A stretch of DNA of 64,000 bases from a virus (IMGVR_UViG_3300020439_000003:32001-96000); one strand, 5' to 3'. Positions 19,610-27,987 are shown, counted from the stretch's first letter. Translations and numbers: made by a program. The notes: a model not told the origin generated them from the letters alone.

Positions 19610-19691
19610 TGTAAGAATCGGTGAATGAGTTCCAAAAATCCTCCCAATCTTTCGGGGAGTTAGTGACATCGACGATGTTCTTATTGTCCAT
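19512..19691 (-). CDS. Small hypothetical protein (MDNKNIVDV...)
   Basis: The start overlaps the upstream stop; the 3' end overlaps the next ORF by about 98 nt, so it is uncertain. Confidence 0.35.
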   Translation of the reverse strand: MDNKNIVDVTNSPKDWEDFWNSFTDSYNENDRANVSGSDVRPVHNDASDEDNAHNSEDI

Positions 19692-19914
19692 TGAGAAAGT
19701 CATGCAATGCTTCATCGTATTCTGCTTGGGTTTGATACACTCTCCCGTGAATGTTGAGGGGGAAAGTCTTATCAACTCCTGCTGCTGCTACTGTCTCACA
19801 GTCAGCACGATCGTAACCCATTTCAATGAGATTTTCGACGTAAGGATTAGTCACTGGTTTGTAGATAGAAAGGTTTGCTAATTCTTGGTTGAGATTGTTG
19901 AAAATGTCTTGCAT
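19681..19914 (-). CDS. Hypothetical protein
   Basis: 77 aa, TAATG-coupled. Confidence 0.7.
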   Translation of the reverse strand: MQDIFNNLNQELANLSIYKPVTNPYVENLIEMGYDRADCETVAAAGVDKTFPLNIHGRVYQTQAEYDEALHDFLNGQ

Positions 19915-20150
19915 TATACGATTTGAAATGTGTTGAGGTCGTTGCGATTGTCACATGCTTCCCATGCATTATAGAAAGAATCCCATGCGACTTCGTTATC
20001 AACAAACGAGGAAATATCCAGTTGCTCACATACCCAATCATATGCCATATCGATGTCTGCATTTGTATCATTCACAAATGCTTCGAGTTGAGTGATAACA
20101 TCGTTCCATGCTTCGATGTCATTGAAAGGGGAGAAGATTGGCGTTGCCAT
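19914..20150 (-). CDS. Acidic hypothetical protein (start MATPIF at 20150)
   Basis: The track's longer start crosses promoter cassette 2; the ATG at 20150 follows the -10 box. Confidence 0.7.
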   Translation of the reverse strand: MATPIFSPFNDIEAWNDVITQLEAFVNDTNADIDMAYDWVCEQLDISSFVDNEVAWDSFYNAWEACDNRNDLNTFQIV

Positions 20151-20172
20151 GTCGTTTCGTTTGATTGATCTT

Positions 20173-20251
20173 AGTATTGCAGATCTCAGCGCCTGCGGTA
20201 GTTCACGGTGATACAAAACCGTGAAATTGGGTCCAGTTAGATGACTGGCAC
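20173..20251 (-). promoter_or_regulatory. Early-type promoter cassette 2 with an extra 8-bp inverted repeat
   Basis: GTGCCAGT-CATCTA-ACTGGACC (20230-20251), TTCACGGT-N8-ACCGTGAA (20202-20225), then TG-C-AATACT. Confidence 0.6.
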
Positions 20252-20830
20252 CTCGGTGAGGTTGCTCACGCTGATTTCTTGATAATCTGCCTTGCAATTC
20301 TTTCCCTTAACATCATCAATGTCAAAATATAGGTCGATGATCTTAACAACCTTGCCATATTGTACGAAGAGAACATCATCAATCTTCGTGCGACTCTTTG
20401 CACTTACAACATCATCAAAACCTGCGATTTCACCAGTTGTTTTGAATCGTGGTGCAACTCGTGGGAGTACACTAACAAATAAAATCTTCTTGCAGTTCTT
20501 AGCGAGTGGAGAATAATAGAGTCTTGCTGCCTCTCCGATGGTAGTATTTGCGTAATTCTTGATATTCTTGTTGACATTGCTGTTCATTGCCTTTGCAAGA
20601 ATAGCACACACTAATTCACCATTATCATCAAAACCTGCGATGTCAATGTCAAACGTGCCGCCGAATGCATCCTCGGGGAGTTTATACTCAAACTGCCAGT
20701 TTAGTTCAGCGAGATCAGGATTTGCGTTCAGAACCTCATTTAGGAGCACAGTGTGCAGTTCATCAGTACGCTTTGAAGAGCGAACATTTTGGAAGGAAGT
20801 TGTGAGAAAGTTTTCAAGAATCATTGCCAT
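20237..20830 (-). CDS. Putative PD-(D/E)xK / restriction-endonuclease-like protein
   Basis: E...GGTFDIDI...AILAK...NKNIKNY...GEA resembles a restriction-nuclease core; start MAMILEN after cassette 3. Confidence 0.45.
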   Translation of the reverse strand: MAMILENFLTTSFQNVRSSKRTDELHTVLLNEVLNANPDLAELNWQFEYKLPEDAFGGTFDIDIAGFDDNGELVCAILAKAMNSNVNKNIKNYANTTIGEAARLYYSPLAKNCKKILFVSVLPRVAPRFKTTGEIAGFDDVVSAKSRTKIDDVLFVQYGKVVKIIDLYFDIDDVKGKNCKADYQEISVSNLTEVPVI

Positions 20831-20847
20831 TTGTTTAACTTGAATAC

Positions 20848-20906
20848 ACAATAAAATGTGCTAAGCACATTTGCAACCGATCTTGTGACAGTTCATCAAT
20901 CGTCCA
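20848..20906 (-). promoter_or_regulatory. Early-type promoter cassette 3
   Basis: TGGACGAT-TGATGA-ACTGTCAC (20885-20906), then TTGCAA-N17-TATTGT. Confidence 0.65.
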
Positions 20907-21306
20907 TGGGGTTGCCTGTTCGCCAGTGTGTTCCCGCGCCTTTGTAATTTATCTCTTTTTTCTGTGAAAGTTTCATGATTTCTTGTGTCACTGGTTCATT
21001 GATATATGCTTCGATGAATTCTTTGCACTCACAAACTGTCTGACCAGTGTAACATTGAACATATGAAAATTGTGGGTTCCGCGCTCTCACAATATAACGC
21101 GCATTGTCATCAATTCCTTCAATAATAAATGCGGCGAGTGGTTCACTCCATCCGCCCAACTCCGTAGGATCAGGGTAAATAACATCATCCTCAGTTACCC
21201 ACACATATTCAATGTATTTGTGGCGGTCGATACGCAATGTGCGCTCAATGATGAGTTGGTCAGTCATTCTTTCAAGTTCGAGAAGTTTGTGTTTAATTCT
21301 ACCCAA
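20896..21306 (-). CDS. Hypothetical protein
   Basis: 136 aa ORF; its stop lies inside palindrome 3. Confidence 0.65.
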   Translation of the reverse strand: MGRIKHKLLELERMTDQLIIERTLRIDRHKYIEYVWVTEDDVIYPDPTELGGWSEPLAAFIIEGIDDNARYIVRARNPQFSYVQCYTGQTVCECKEFIEAYINEPVTQEIMKLSQKKEINYKGAGTHWRTGNPMDD

Positions 21307-21540
21307 TTATCTGCCCTCGCTTAATTCATCTTCTAGCAAGTCAGGATAATACTCCTCGACTTCATTGATGAGTTCATTGACACTGTATTTCTCAAAGTTC
21401 TGCTCCAAAGTATCATAAACGAATTGCCACAAGTTCTTGTGATCCATGCCATCAATGATGCGCTCAATGTAAGCGTCTTGCAATTCGTCGCGGTCGATGA
21501 TGTTATCAGTGGTCATGAGAATAACAGAAGGAAGGAGCAT
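21307..21540 (-). CDS. Acidic hypothetical protein (start may be 21516)
   Basis: DRDELQDAYIERIIDGMD...EVEEYYPDLLE. Confidence 0.7.
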   Translation of the reverse strand: MLLPSVILMTTDNIIDRDELQDAYIERIIDGMDHKNLWQFVYDTLEQNFEKYSVNELINEVEEYYPDLLEDELSEGR

Positions 21541-21555
21541 TGAATAAAGATAATA

Positions 21556-21807
21556 TCAGCAAGCGAGACACATTGCTGAGTTGAAAAGTTGAGGTTCAGT
21601 GTGCATGTCGGTTACTTCGTAACCATAACCCTCCACACGGGAGTATACTTCACGATTGAAATCTTTCTTCAACACATAACGCTTCGATTGAGATTGTCCC
21701 ATGAATGTAACAGTCTTCAAAATGTAGCGGGTGCTGATCTCACCGTCAGCAAACTTGACGGGGTAGAAGTCAACAACCATGTTTCCAGATTTGGCGGTGA
21801 GTTGCAT
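21556..21807 (-). CDS. Hypothetical early protein (start MQLTAK)
   Basis: The ATG at 21807 follows cassette 4; the track's start lies within the promoter. Confidence 0.75.
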   Translation of the reverse strand: MQLTAKSGNMVVDFYPVKFADGEISTRYILKTVTFMGQSQSKRYVLKKDFNREVYSRVEGYGYEVTDMHTEPQLFNSAMCLAC

Positions 21808-21836
21808 GAAATTCTCAAAATTTCTTTGACCCTTAT

Positions 21837-21893
21837 AGAATACACGAGAATCTGCCCAGATCAAGGATCAGTGGACAGTTCTCCTGGTGTCAC
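21837..21893 (-). promoter_or_regulatory. Early-type promoter cassette 4
   Basis: GTGACACC-AGGAGA-ACTGTCCA (21872-21893), 29 nt, then TATTCT. Confidence 0.7.
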
Positions 21894-22448
21894 ATTCAAA
21901 TTAAAACTTAGCGTCAATCGGTTAGTGTCATTTTTCTGCAATCTTACGCCATGACGTACAAACGAAGGGAACACAATCAGGTCGCCTTCATTGATATTGG
22001 GTTCATGAACAGGTGACTGCTCAAAAATGTGAGTATATCCGAGGATTGTATGATCCAAGTTCATATTCTCAAAATAGAATCGTCCATCCTTATCTCTATC
22101 GAACTGGATGAAGATCACACCAGAGAAGTTCACGAACTCAGGATAGTTCACATGATGATGAGGTTCTTGCGAATGTCCACTGTTATACAGATTCAACCAT
22201 GAGTTTACGATTTCAATCTCACAATCAGGAGGGAAATACTGATACAAATAAGGTGCTAGGACTTGTCCAAGTTCTTCGGGCGGGACGACATCTTTCTCTT
22301 CAAAATGTGTCGTGTGAACACTACAATTCCACCTACCCTCAGCATCAGTAAGGAGATGCCTAGCAGACTCCAAAAGGGATCCGAATGTCTCCTTGTGATT
22401 GTGAATGTGTGCTTGGTGGTATTTGATTGGGAATAGAATTGTTTGCAT
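21861..22448 (-). CDS. 2OG-Fe(II) oxygenase-like protein (TIGR02466-type)
   Basis: SWLNLY...QEPHHH...FSGVIFI...VFPSFVRHGV...RLTLSFN. Confidence 0.85.
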   Translation of the reverse strand: MQTILFPIKYHQAHIHNHKETFGSLLESARHLLTDAEGRWNCSVHTTHFEEKDVVPPEELGQVLAPYLYQYFPPDCEIEIVNSWLNLYNSGHSQEPHHHVNYPEFVNFSGVIFIQFDRDKDGRFYFENMNLDHTILGYTHIFEQSPVHEPNINEGDLIVFPSFVRHGVRLQKNDTNRLTLSFNLNVTPGELSTDP

Positions 22449-22941
22449 CAGGTGTAATTTTAATCAGTTTCTTGGTGTAATCATATGCATATTTTGTACG
22501 ATTACCATGTATACCCCATCCTAACCATTGATAGGCATGATGCATATAATGTTCAACAGTTTGTCCACGTCCTTGTAAAACAAGAGCATAACGTGTCCAC
22601 TGTGGTTCATTCACCATGTAACGAAGTTGTGTCCCCAGTGTGCTCGGGTCTCCCCCGTATGCGCGGGCAAAATGGGCAAGTCCGTCATATCTGCCCTGTG
22701 AGGTCCACTGAATGAGACCATATCCACCAACCAAACATGCATCGTAAGGTAGAATTGCACCGCCTTCACATACATTTGGACGGAAGTTTGATTCTTGTTT
22801 GATGTTACCCATGACTGTTGCCAGTGCATTAACATCATGAATCCCCCTCGATTGTAGGAATTCAAGTGTCTGATTCTCTGCTGGTGAGCAGTCTACACAC
22901 TTGATAATCGGAGGGGGAGTTGGTGTTGTTGTCAATAACAT
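22360..22941 (-). CDS. Phage tail lysozyme-type cell wall hydrolase
   Basis: ALATVMGNIKQESNF...GYGLIQWT...QLRYM. Confidence 0.8.
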   Translation of the reverse strand: MLLTTTPTPPPIIKCVDCSPAENQTLEFLQSRGIHDVNALATVMGNIKQESNFRPNVCEGGAILPYDACLVGGYGLIQWTSQGRYDGLAHFARAYGGDPSTLGTQLRYMVNEPQWTRYALVLQGRGQTVEHYMHHAYQWLGWGIHGNRTKYAYDYTKKLIKITPDANNSIPNQIPPSTHSQSQGDIRIPFGVC

Positions 22942-22976
22942 AATTTAGATTCGAGAGATCAACTAATGAAAGAATG

Positions 22977-23180
22977 TCAAGATTGCTCTGTATCCAACTG
23001 GGACAACTGTGGGGATCGCAGCAACTCGTGTTGGTATTCAAGTTCATTCCACAAACTGTCAATGAGACCATCGATATATGTACGATGGTTGAGATGTTGA
23101 GCAACTCTTTTGAGTTCTAATACCTGCTGTTTTGCAGACTCAATATGATAACATTCTCTACTTCTTACGTCAATGCTCAT
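22977..23180 (-). CDS. Hypothetical protein (start MSIDVR)
   Basis: ATGA overlap with the upstream ORF. Confidence 0.6.
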   Translation of the reverse strand: MSIDVRSRECYHIESAKQQVLELKRVAQHLNHRTYIDGLIDSLWNELEYQHELLRSPQLSQLDTEQS

Positions 23181-23377
23181 GCGAAACCGCCTCCTTTTGT
23201 CTTTTGATCGATCACATCCACAGTAACACAATACTGTGGATAGTTCCACCATGCCTCCATAACTCGCATGTAATCATCAACAATCTTCACACTACCATCG
23301 GCACAGTGTATTTTGTATCTATGCCGATCGTAAGGTTTCTCACATGTTTGCTTAAAGAAACTTGGCAAACCTGTCAT
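23177..23377 (-). CDS. Hypothetical protein
   Basis: 66 aa, ends KGGGFA; coupled to its neighbours. Confidence 0.7.
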   Translation of the reverse strand: MTGLPSFFKQTCEKPYDRHRYKIHCADGSVKIVDDYMRVMEAWWNYPQYCVTVDVIDQKTKGGGFA

Positions 23378-23526
23378 GATCGTGGATCCATGTTAGTACA
23401 GAGATCAGGATCAATCTTACAAAGACGATCCATCTTTTGATCTTGAATTGATTGAACTTTGTTCATTGCAGTGATGCCAATGTTAGCACCAATCAAAACA
23501 ATGATGAAAGCGAGGGCGATTCTCAT
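23374..23526 (-). CDS. Small membrane or secreted protein (start MRIAL)
   Basis: Hydrophobic N-terminus followed by CKIDPDLC. Confidence 0.65.
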   Translation of the reverse strand: MRIALAFIIVLIGANIGITAMNKVQSIQDQKMDRLCKIDPDLCTNMDPRS

Positions 23527-23598
23527 GATAATAAAAGAATGAAAGAGGGGAGGTCTCGCGGCAGGAGACACAATTATATAGACCCTCTATGTGATAGT

Positions 23599-23787
23599 TC
23601 AGCGTTGGAACTTGCCGTGCTTAAATGTAGCAAATTCAGGATTGTTGACCCAGCGACCCTGAGTGCAATCCCACACGATGGGCAGCGGTTCGGTCTGAGG
23701 AGTGTTCGGTGATGCCTTAGCGAGGACCTCACGGGACTGGGCAAACAGTTCGTCGAGAGTGTAGCGAGCAGGGCGGACGCCGTACAT
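23599..23787 (-). CDS. Hypothetical early protein
   Basis: GGAG RBS; follows cassette 5. Confidence 0.65.
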   Translation of the reverse strand: MYGVRPARYTLDELFAQSREVLAKASPNTPQTEPLPIVWDCTQGRWVNNPEFATFKHGKFQR

Positions 23788-23813
23788 GTGTTGTCTCCGT
23801 TGATTACCTAGTA

Positions 23814-23870
23814 ATAATACACGCTCAGGGCGTGGTCACCACTATTTATGGACACTAGGAGAACTGGACC
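23814..23870 (-). promoter_or_regulatory. Early-type promoter cassette 5
   Basis: GGTCCAGT-TCTCCT-AGTGTCCA (23849-23870), 29 nt, then TATTAT; an overlapping CATAAATA late-type box. Confidence 0.7.
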
Positions 23871-24385
23871 CCAAGGTGTGGACAGATCGCACCGAGTGAG
23901 ATACGAATATCTTTTGTAGGTGGATCTCCATCATGTTCTAGTCTTGAATCAAAGTAGATAATTCTACCTTGTTTGAATTCCACTTTCTCACCCGTTGCAA
24001 ATGTCGTAGCACCACTATCCCCATAAGCATGGTAAATAACTGACGTTGCGGCATGATTGTAATCAGTGTGGGTTTGACTAACATGCCCAGGATTTTGTGC
24101 ATTGACCAATAACCTATGGACATGAGACAAAGGTAGATCAGCACATACATCTTTAATGATGCATTCATTGAAGTATGCGAAGAACCAGTACCAAGGAGTC
24201 TCCTCAGTAAATTCATTGTTTCTGATGACAGTATTACCCCAGAATCTTGCCTTTGAATAGTCACCATATGGAGTATTATTATAGAAGAAGGGGAAGTCTG
24301 TTGAGAGATAGTTACCTACGTCTCTCACCATCCAACTGGGGAAATAGTCATCAATGACTGTTACTGTGGTATCTAAATGTGTCAT
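23855..24385 (-). CDS. 2OG-Fe(II) oxygenase
   Basis: HTD...SVIYH...FDSRLEH...RISL. Confidence 0.8.
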   Translation of the reverse strand: MTHLDTTVTVIDDYFPSWMVRDVGNYLSTDFPFFYNNTPYGDYSKARFWGNTVIRNNEFTEETPWYWFFAYFNECIIKDVCADLPLSHVHRLLVNAQNPGHVSQTHTDYNHAATSVIYHAYGDSGATTFATGEKVEFKQGRIIYFDSRLEHDGDPPTKDIRISLGAICPHLGVQFS

Positions 24386-24993
24386 CGTTTAATCAATGGA
24401 ATCTCAGTGCTCATTATGAAATTAGCAGATACAGTGATACGTTCACTATCCTCACGTTGTGTGTCCACTTGGTGATGCAAATATGATGGGAAGATGAGTA
24501 TATCACCTTCCTTACATTCAGGGAACCATGTATTAACCACTGGATAATGCTTAGAGAAGTATCCGAGGTGCATATTCTGATCTGGATTATAGAAGATGAA
24601 CTTAGCATCTACCTCAGGATCATATTGTAAGAGGTATGCACAACTAAACGTGGTGTTATCTCCTCCACAATGTGTATGCACCTCCTGTGAATCACCCTTC
24701 TTATATACATTGATCCAACTTTCCGTCATTTCTATTCGCACGGTGGGTTTCCCACCCAGTTGCTCATGCATATCATCTAAATTAGGACGTATTGCCTTAG
24801 CAAACACGTCCCACGAGAAGTCTTCATTATTGGTATCACTCTCAAAGGAGGATTGCAGTGTGCAATTCCACTCCCTCGGTTGTGATGTATTAGCGAATGC
24901 TAATTCTGATAGAAGTAATCCTTTGAGATACTGGTGTGCTTCAACTTCACCATGATAGTAGAACTTAGGAAATAAACCTTGAACTTTACCCAT
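24382..24993 (-). CDS. 2OG-Fe(II) oxygenase-like protein (TIGR02466-type)
   Basis: SWINVY...QEVHTH...IFPSYLHHQV...RITVSAN. Confidence 0.87.
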   Translation of the reverse strand: MGKVQGLFPKFYYHGEVEAHQYLKGLLLSELAFANTSQPREWNCTLQSSFESDTNNEDFSWDVFAKAIRPNLDDMHEQLGGKPTVRIEMTESWINVYKKGDSQEVHTHCGGDNTTFSCAYLLQYDPEVDAKFIFYNPDQNMHLGYFSKHYPVVNTWFPECKEGDILIFPSYLHHQVDTQREDSERITVSANFIMSTEIPLIKR

Positions 24994-26237
24994 TATGCAA
25001 CAAGAGAGAGGGGAGGAATGCCTTTGACGAAGATAGCATCAACAACATTTTGTAGACGCTTGACAACGTGAGCACCATAAGTCTTGTGGACAGGGACAGT
25101 AACGAAACCAGTTGGTTTGTTGTACAATCCCCACTCACATGCATTGAGTTCACCAGACTTCAAACGTGCAGCATCATCTTTATCTAGGCGAATAACACGA
25201 CCGATAGTCTGTGCCATCTCAACAACATTCAAGTTGCGAAGAAGGATGCAGTGAGTGAGACCAGGGACGTTGATACCTTCGCTGAGGATAGAATAGTGGA
25301 ACACGATGAACTTCTTAGAAGCATCCTTACCCCACTCAGTGAGAGTATTGAAGAATACTTCACGAGATACTTTCACACCGTCGATGATAGCACCAAACTT
25401 AGATGTGACGTGCATGACACTGTAACCACGCTCTGCAAGTTGAAGCAGGAGTGTAGTCTTAGAGATCATGTTACCTAGCACGCGACTGCTAGGGACAGCG
25501 ACGAGAACTTTGCTGGCGTGAGTATCATCGAGATTGTCAATGATGTCACGCACAGTGTCAGCATCAACGTCATGAATGTTGTGCTTTGTGCGAGTGTTGT
25601 CTGTTTCAAAGGGAACGATAGTTGGAGGGAGGATGTGACCCTGCTCAATCAACTCAGGTGCAGGAACGTTACAAATAACAGGACCATACACGTCGCTGTT
25701 GTTCATGGAACGACCATGCTTGCGAGCGATACGAGGAGTAGCAGTGAAGAAGTATGCACGCTCAGAGAGATCAGAACATGCAGCAGTAGCAGCAAAGAAG
25801 TGACGAGTCACACTGTTGTGAGACTCATCAAAGTATGCAGCATTGATCTCAATACCAGCATCAACAACTTTGTTCAAAGAGTGATAGGTAGTGAAGATAA
25901 TGCAAGACTCACCTGCTGCACGCGCAGTGTTAGCGAACAGTGCAATCTTGTCAGACTTGGTGCTGCTGAAATGCTGTGTCTCACCTGAGTGAGCATGACA
26001 TACATGTGTCCATGTAGATGAAATAAACTGCATGAACTCGTCACACAGTTGATTAGCGAGCAGGATACGAGGAGCAACAACAACAATAGTCTGGGGACCG
26101 TTGTTGAGCAGTTGACGAGCGTGCTCGATCATGATGATGGTTTTGCCACCACCAGTAGGCACGATGACCTGACCCTTGTCAGCGGACTGCATAGCAGCGA
26201 GAGCGCGGGACTGGTGAGGGCGTAGGGTGATGGTCAA
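24993..26237 (-). CDS. SF2 DEAD/DEAH-like helicase (ResIII-like)
   Basis: LRPHQ, PTGGGKT, FDESH, TATP, LSEGINVP and QTIGRVIR; TTG start. Confidence 0.9.
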   Translation of the reverse strand: MTITLRPHQSRALAAMQSADKGQVIVPTGGGKTIIMIEHARQLLNNGPQTIVVVAPRILLANQLCDEFMQFISSTWTHVCHAHSGETQHFSSTKSDKIALFANTARAAGESCIIFTTYHSLNKVVDAGIEINAAYFDESHNSVTRHFFAATAACSDLSERAYFFTATPRIARKHGRSMNNSDVYGPVICNVPAPELIEQGHILPPTIVPFETDNTRTKHNIHDVDADTVRDIIDNLDDTHASKVLVAVPSSRVLGNMISKTTLLLQLAERGYSVMHVTSKFGAIIDGVKVSREVFFNTLTEWGKDASKKFIVFHYSILSEGINVPGLTHCILLRNLNVVEMAQTIGRVIRLDKDDAARLKSGELNACEWGLYNKPTGFVTVPVHKTYGAHVVKRLQNVVDAIFVKGIPPLSLVA

Positions 26238-26260
26238 GGCGTGTCTGTGTCAGTACATAT

Positions 26261-26317
26261 ATTATACATCACTCCTCGTCTTCCACCACCTCTTTGTGCC
26301 ACTTCCTACACTGGACC
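26261..26317 (-). promoter_or_regulatory. Early-type promoter cassette 6
   Basis: GGTCCAGT-GTAGGA-AGTGGCAC (26296-26317), 29 nt, then a perfect TATAAT. Confidence 0.72.
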
Positions 26318-26403
26318 TTGTATTCATAATATGGATCAATCCTTGCTTGTCTCTCCCACTCTTCACATTTCAAAATCTCTTTATAGAGTTTGTCATCATA
26401 CAT
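26269..26403 (-). CDS. Small hypothetical protein, 44 aa
   Basis: Manual translation MYDDKLYKEILKCEEWERQARIDPYYEYKVQCRKWHKEVVEDEE; TAATG-coupled. Confidence 0.45.
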   Translation of the reverse strand: MYDDKLYKEILKCEEWERQARIDPYYEYKVQCRKWHKEVVEDEE

Positions 26404-26735
26404 TAGCGTGCCTCCATGTCTGGTAACATTTCATTGCCTGGGTGGTCATTAGTCTTACCACGGTATGCTTTCTTATGTTGAAAGTATGCTGGATCTAATT
26501 CTAAATCATCCCAGTCTTCTTCAAATATAACAATACAGCATTTAATCCATGGTGACAATGCATGTGGATCCTCGTTAGGTTTCTTACTTATACACAGTGT
26601 GATGTATTCATCACTAACAAATTCAATAGTTCCCTCAAAACCCTGATACCTAGCAGGACACCCAGGTTGTACTGCTTTGATGATGTTCCTGATCTCGATA
26701 GGAACTGACTCGGAAATAAAGAGGGGAGTGCTCAT
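26403..26735 (-). CDS. Hypothetical protein
   Basis: 110 aa; coupled at both ends. Confidence 0.7.
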   Translation of the reverse strand: MSTPLFISESVPIEIRNIIKAVQPGCPARYQGFEGTIEFVSDEYITLCISKKPNEDPHALSPWIKCCIVIFEEDWDDLELDPAYFQHKKAYRGKTNDHPGNEMLPDMEAR

Positions 26736-27349
26736 AGTGTTAGAAACGAAGTTGGGTTGCCATAGTTACCTTTGACCATGACATTAAATGCTAGTGAGTA
26801 ACGTCTATTGTGATCCATGTTTGCTTCAACACAATGGACTAACTCACTAGGGAATATGAGTACCATGCCTGTCTGTGGTGTGATTCTCCACGACTTAGCA
26901 TTATATACATTTGTAGCATCACGACGTGGGTCAAGGTGTCGATGGCGTTGATCCATGAACATAATATCACCACAATTAGGATGTGTCCTCAGATACACCA
27001 CACCACTATACAAACTGTTACGATGTGAATGATCGTTAGCACGTTCCATGTGTTGATGCATGTTAATCCATGAACATGTGAAGTCAGTAGTGTGTGATAT
27101 TGCATCAACACCCTGCACACCAAATACATATTCATCAACGTGTTCTTTTAACCACGACTTGAAATCTAGGAACTTGTCTAGTATCTGTTGTTCAACAGTT
27201 TGAGCACCTAGATTATATCCTGATCTATCGTAGTTTCTAAATTCCAACTCATCAACAGCATCCATGATGTTGGGCATCTCCTCATCAACTGTCACATATA
27301 TTGGTGATGAGAACAGAGGGATAATCTCAGTCGGTAGTGAAGTTTGCAT
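26732..27349 (-). CDS. 2OG-Fe(II) oxygenase-like protein (TIGR02466-type)
   Basis: SWINMH...HSH...SGVVYL...IFPSELVHCV...RYSLAFN. Confidence 0.87.
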   Translation of the reverse strand: MQTSLPTEIIPLFSSPIYVTVDEEMPNIMDAVDELEFRNYDRSGYNLGAQTVEQQILDKFLDFKSWLKEHVDEYVFGVQGVDAISHTTDFTCSWINMHQHMERANDHSHRNSLYSGVVYLRTHPNCGDIMFMDQRHRHLDPRRDATNVYNAKSWRITPQTGMVLIFPSELVHCVEANMDHNRRYSLAFNVMVKGNYGNPTSFLTL

Positions 27350-27824
27350 TGATTAGAATTCTGTTCTTATGATATTTTGGTGAGTGTCCAGTATGCATGT
27401 GTTGACCATTAAATGTCAATAGTCTGTTTGCCTTTGGTTGTACCCGTTGAAAACGACTGTCGGAAGGATCGCCAAGGATAATAGTATCTCCATCTGAATC
27501 ATTAACATAGTAGATACACACACGATGAGGTTCTTTGCAATCAGTGTGAAAGTCATGTCTGTATCCCTCTGGGTTATATAACGTCATATCTGCACGCACA
27601 CGAAGACATGCAGAAGACCTAATAGTCTCCTGCATCTTCGCAACTAACTCACAGAACTGTGGATCACCTTCATCACTCAACCAGTGATTAAATCCATGTG
27701 CTTGTATATCATCACACCCATTGGTGAGAGTTTGTTGGTAGAACCAAGGAAACTCCCACCCAGTGAGTATAGATAACAGTTCTGCATGATAGTCATCATC
27801 AAGGAAGTTATCGATGATGTTCAT
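27327..27824 (-). CDS. 2OG-Fe(II) oxygenase (start MNIIDN)
   Basis: FHTD...IYYVNDSDGDT...HTG...RILINAN. Confidence 0.85.
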   Translation of the reverse strand: MNIIDNFLDDDYHAELLSILTGWEFPWFYQQTLTNGCDDIQAHGFNHWLSDEGDPQFCELVAKMQETIRSSACLRVRADMTLYNPEGYRHDFHTDCKEPHRVCIYYVNDSDGDTIILGDPSDSRFQRVQPKANRLLTFNGQHMHTGHSPKYHKNRILINANFTTD

Positions 27825-27987
27825 CTCTGAGATGTAAGGAGGTCGCAATTTCATCAATTAGATTCCTTTTATGATCTGGAAGGTGACCAATCTTGTTGTA
27901 ATAGTCTTTTTGAAGTAGGAATAGTGCGTGGCGCAGAAGCACCTTCTGCTCTGGATTTAGTGTTGCAGTTTTAAGAAACATGGTCAT
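27808..27987 (-). CDS. Small hypothetical protein
   Basis: Preceded by a TTAAATA late-like box near 28006. Confidence 0.55.
   Translation of the reverse strand: MTMFLKTATLNPEQKVLLRHALFLLQKDYYNKIGHLPDHKRNLIDEIATSLHLRDEHHR

Noticed and set aside
20198-20214. Possible NtcA box (GTA...TAC)
   Set aside because: The spacing is N11, not the required N8.
19372-26317. Repeated palindromes as a CRISPR array or integron attC sites
   Set aside because: The copies are degenerate and 0.6-2.5 kb apart, with no cas gene or integrase and no GTTRRRY/RYYYAAC attC ends.
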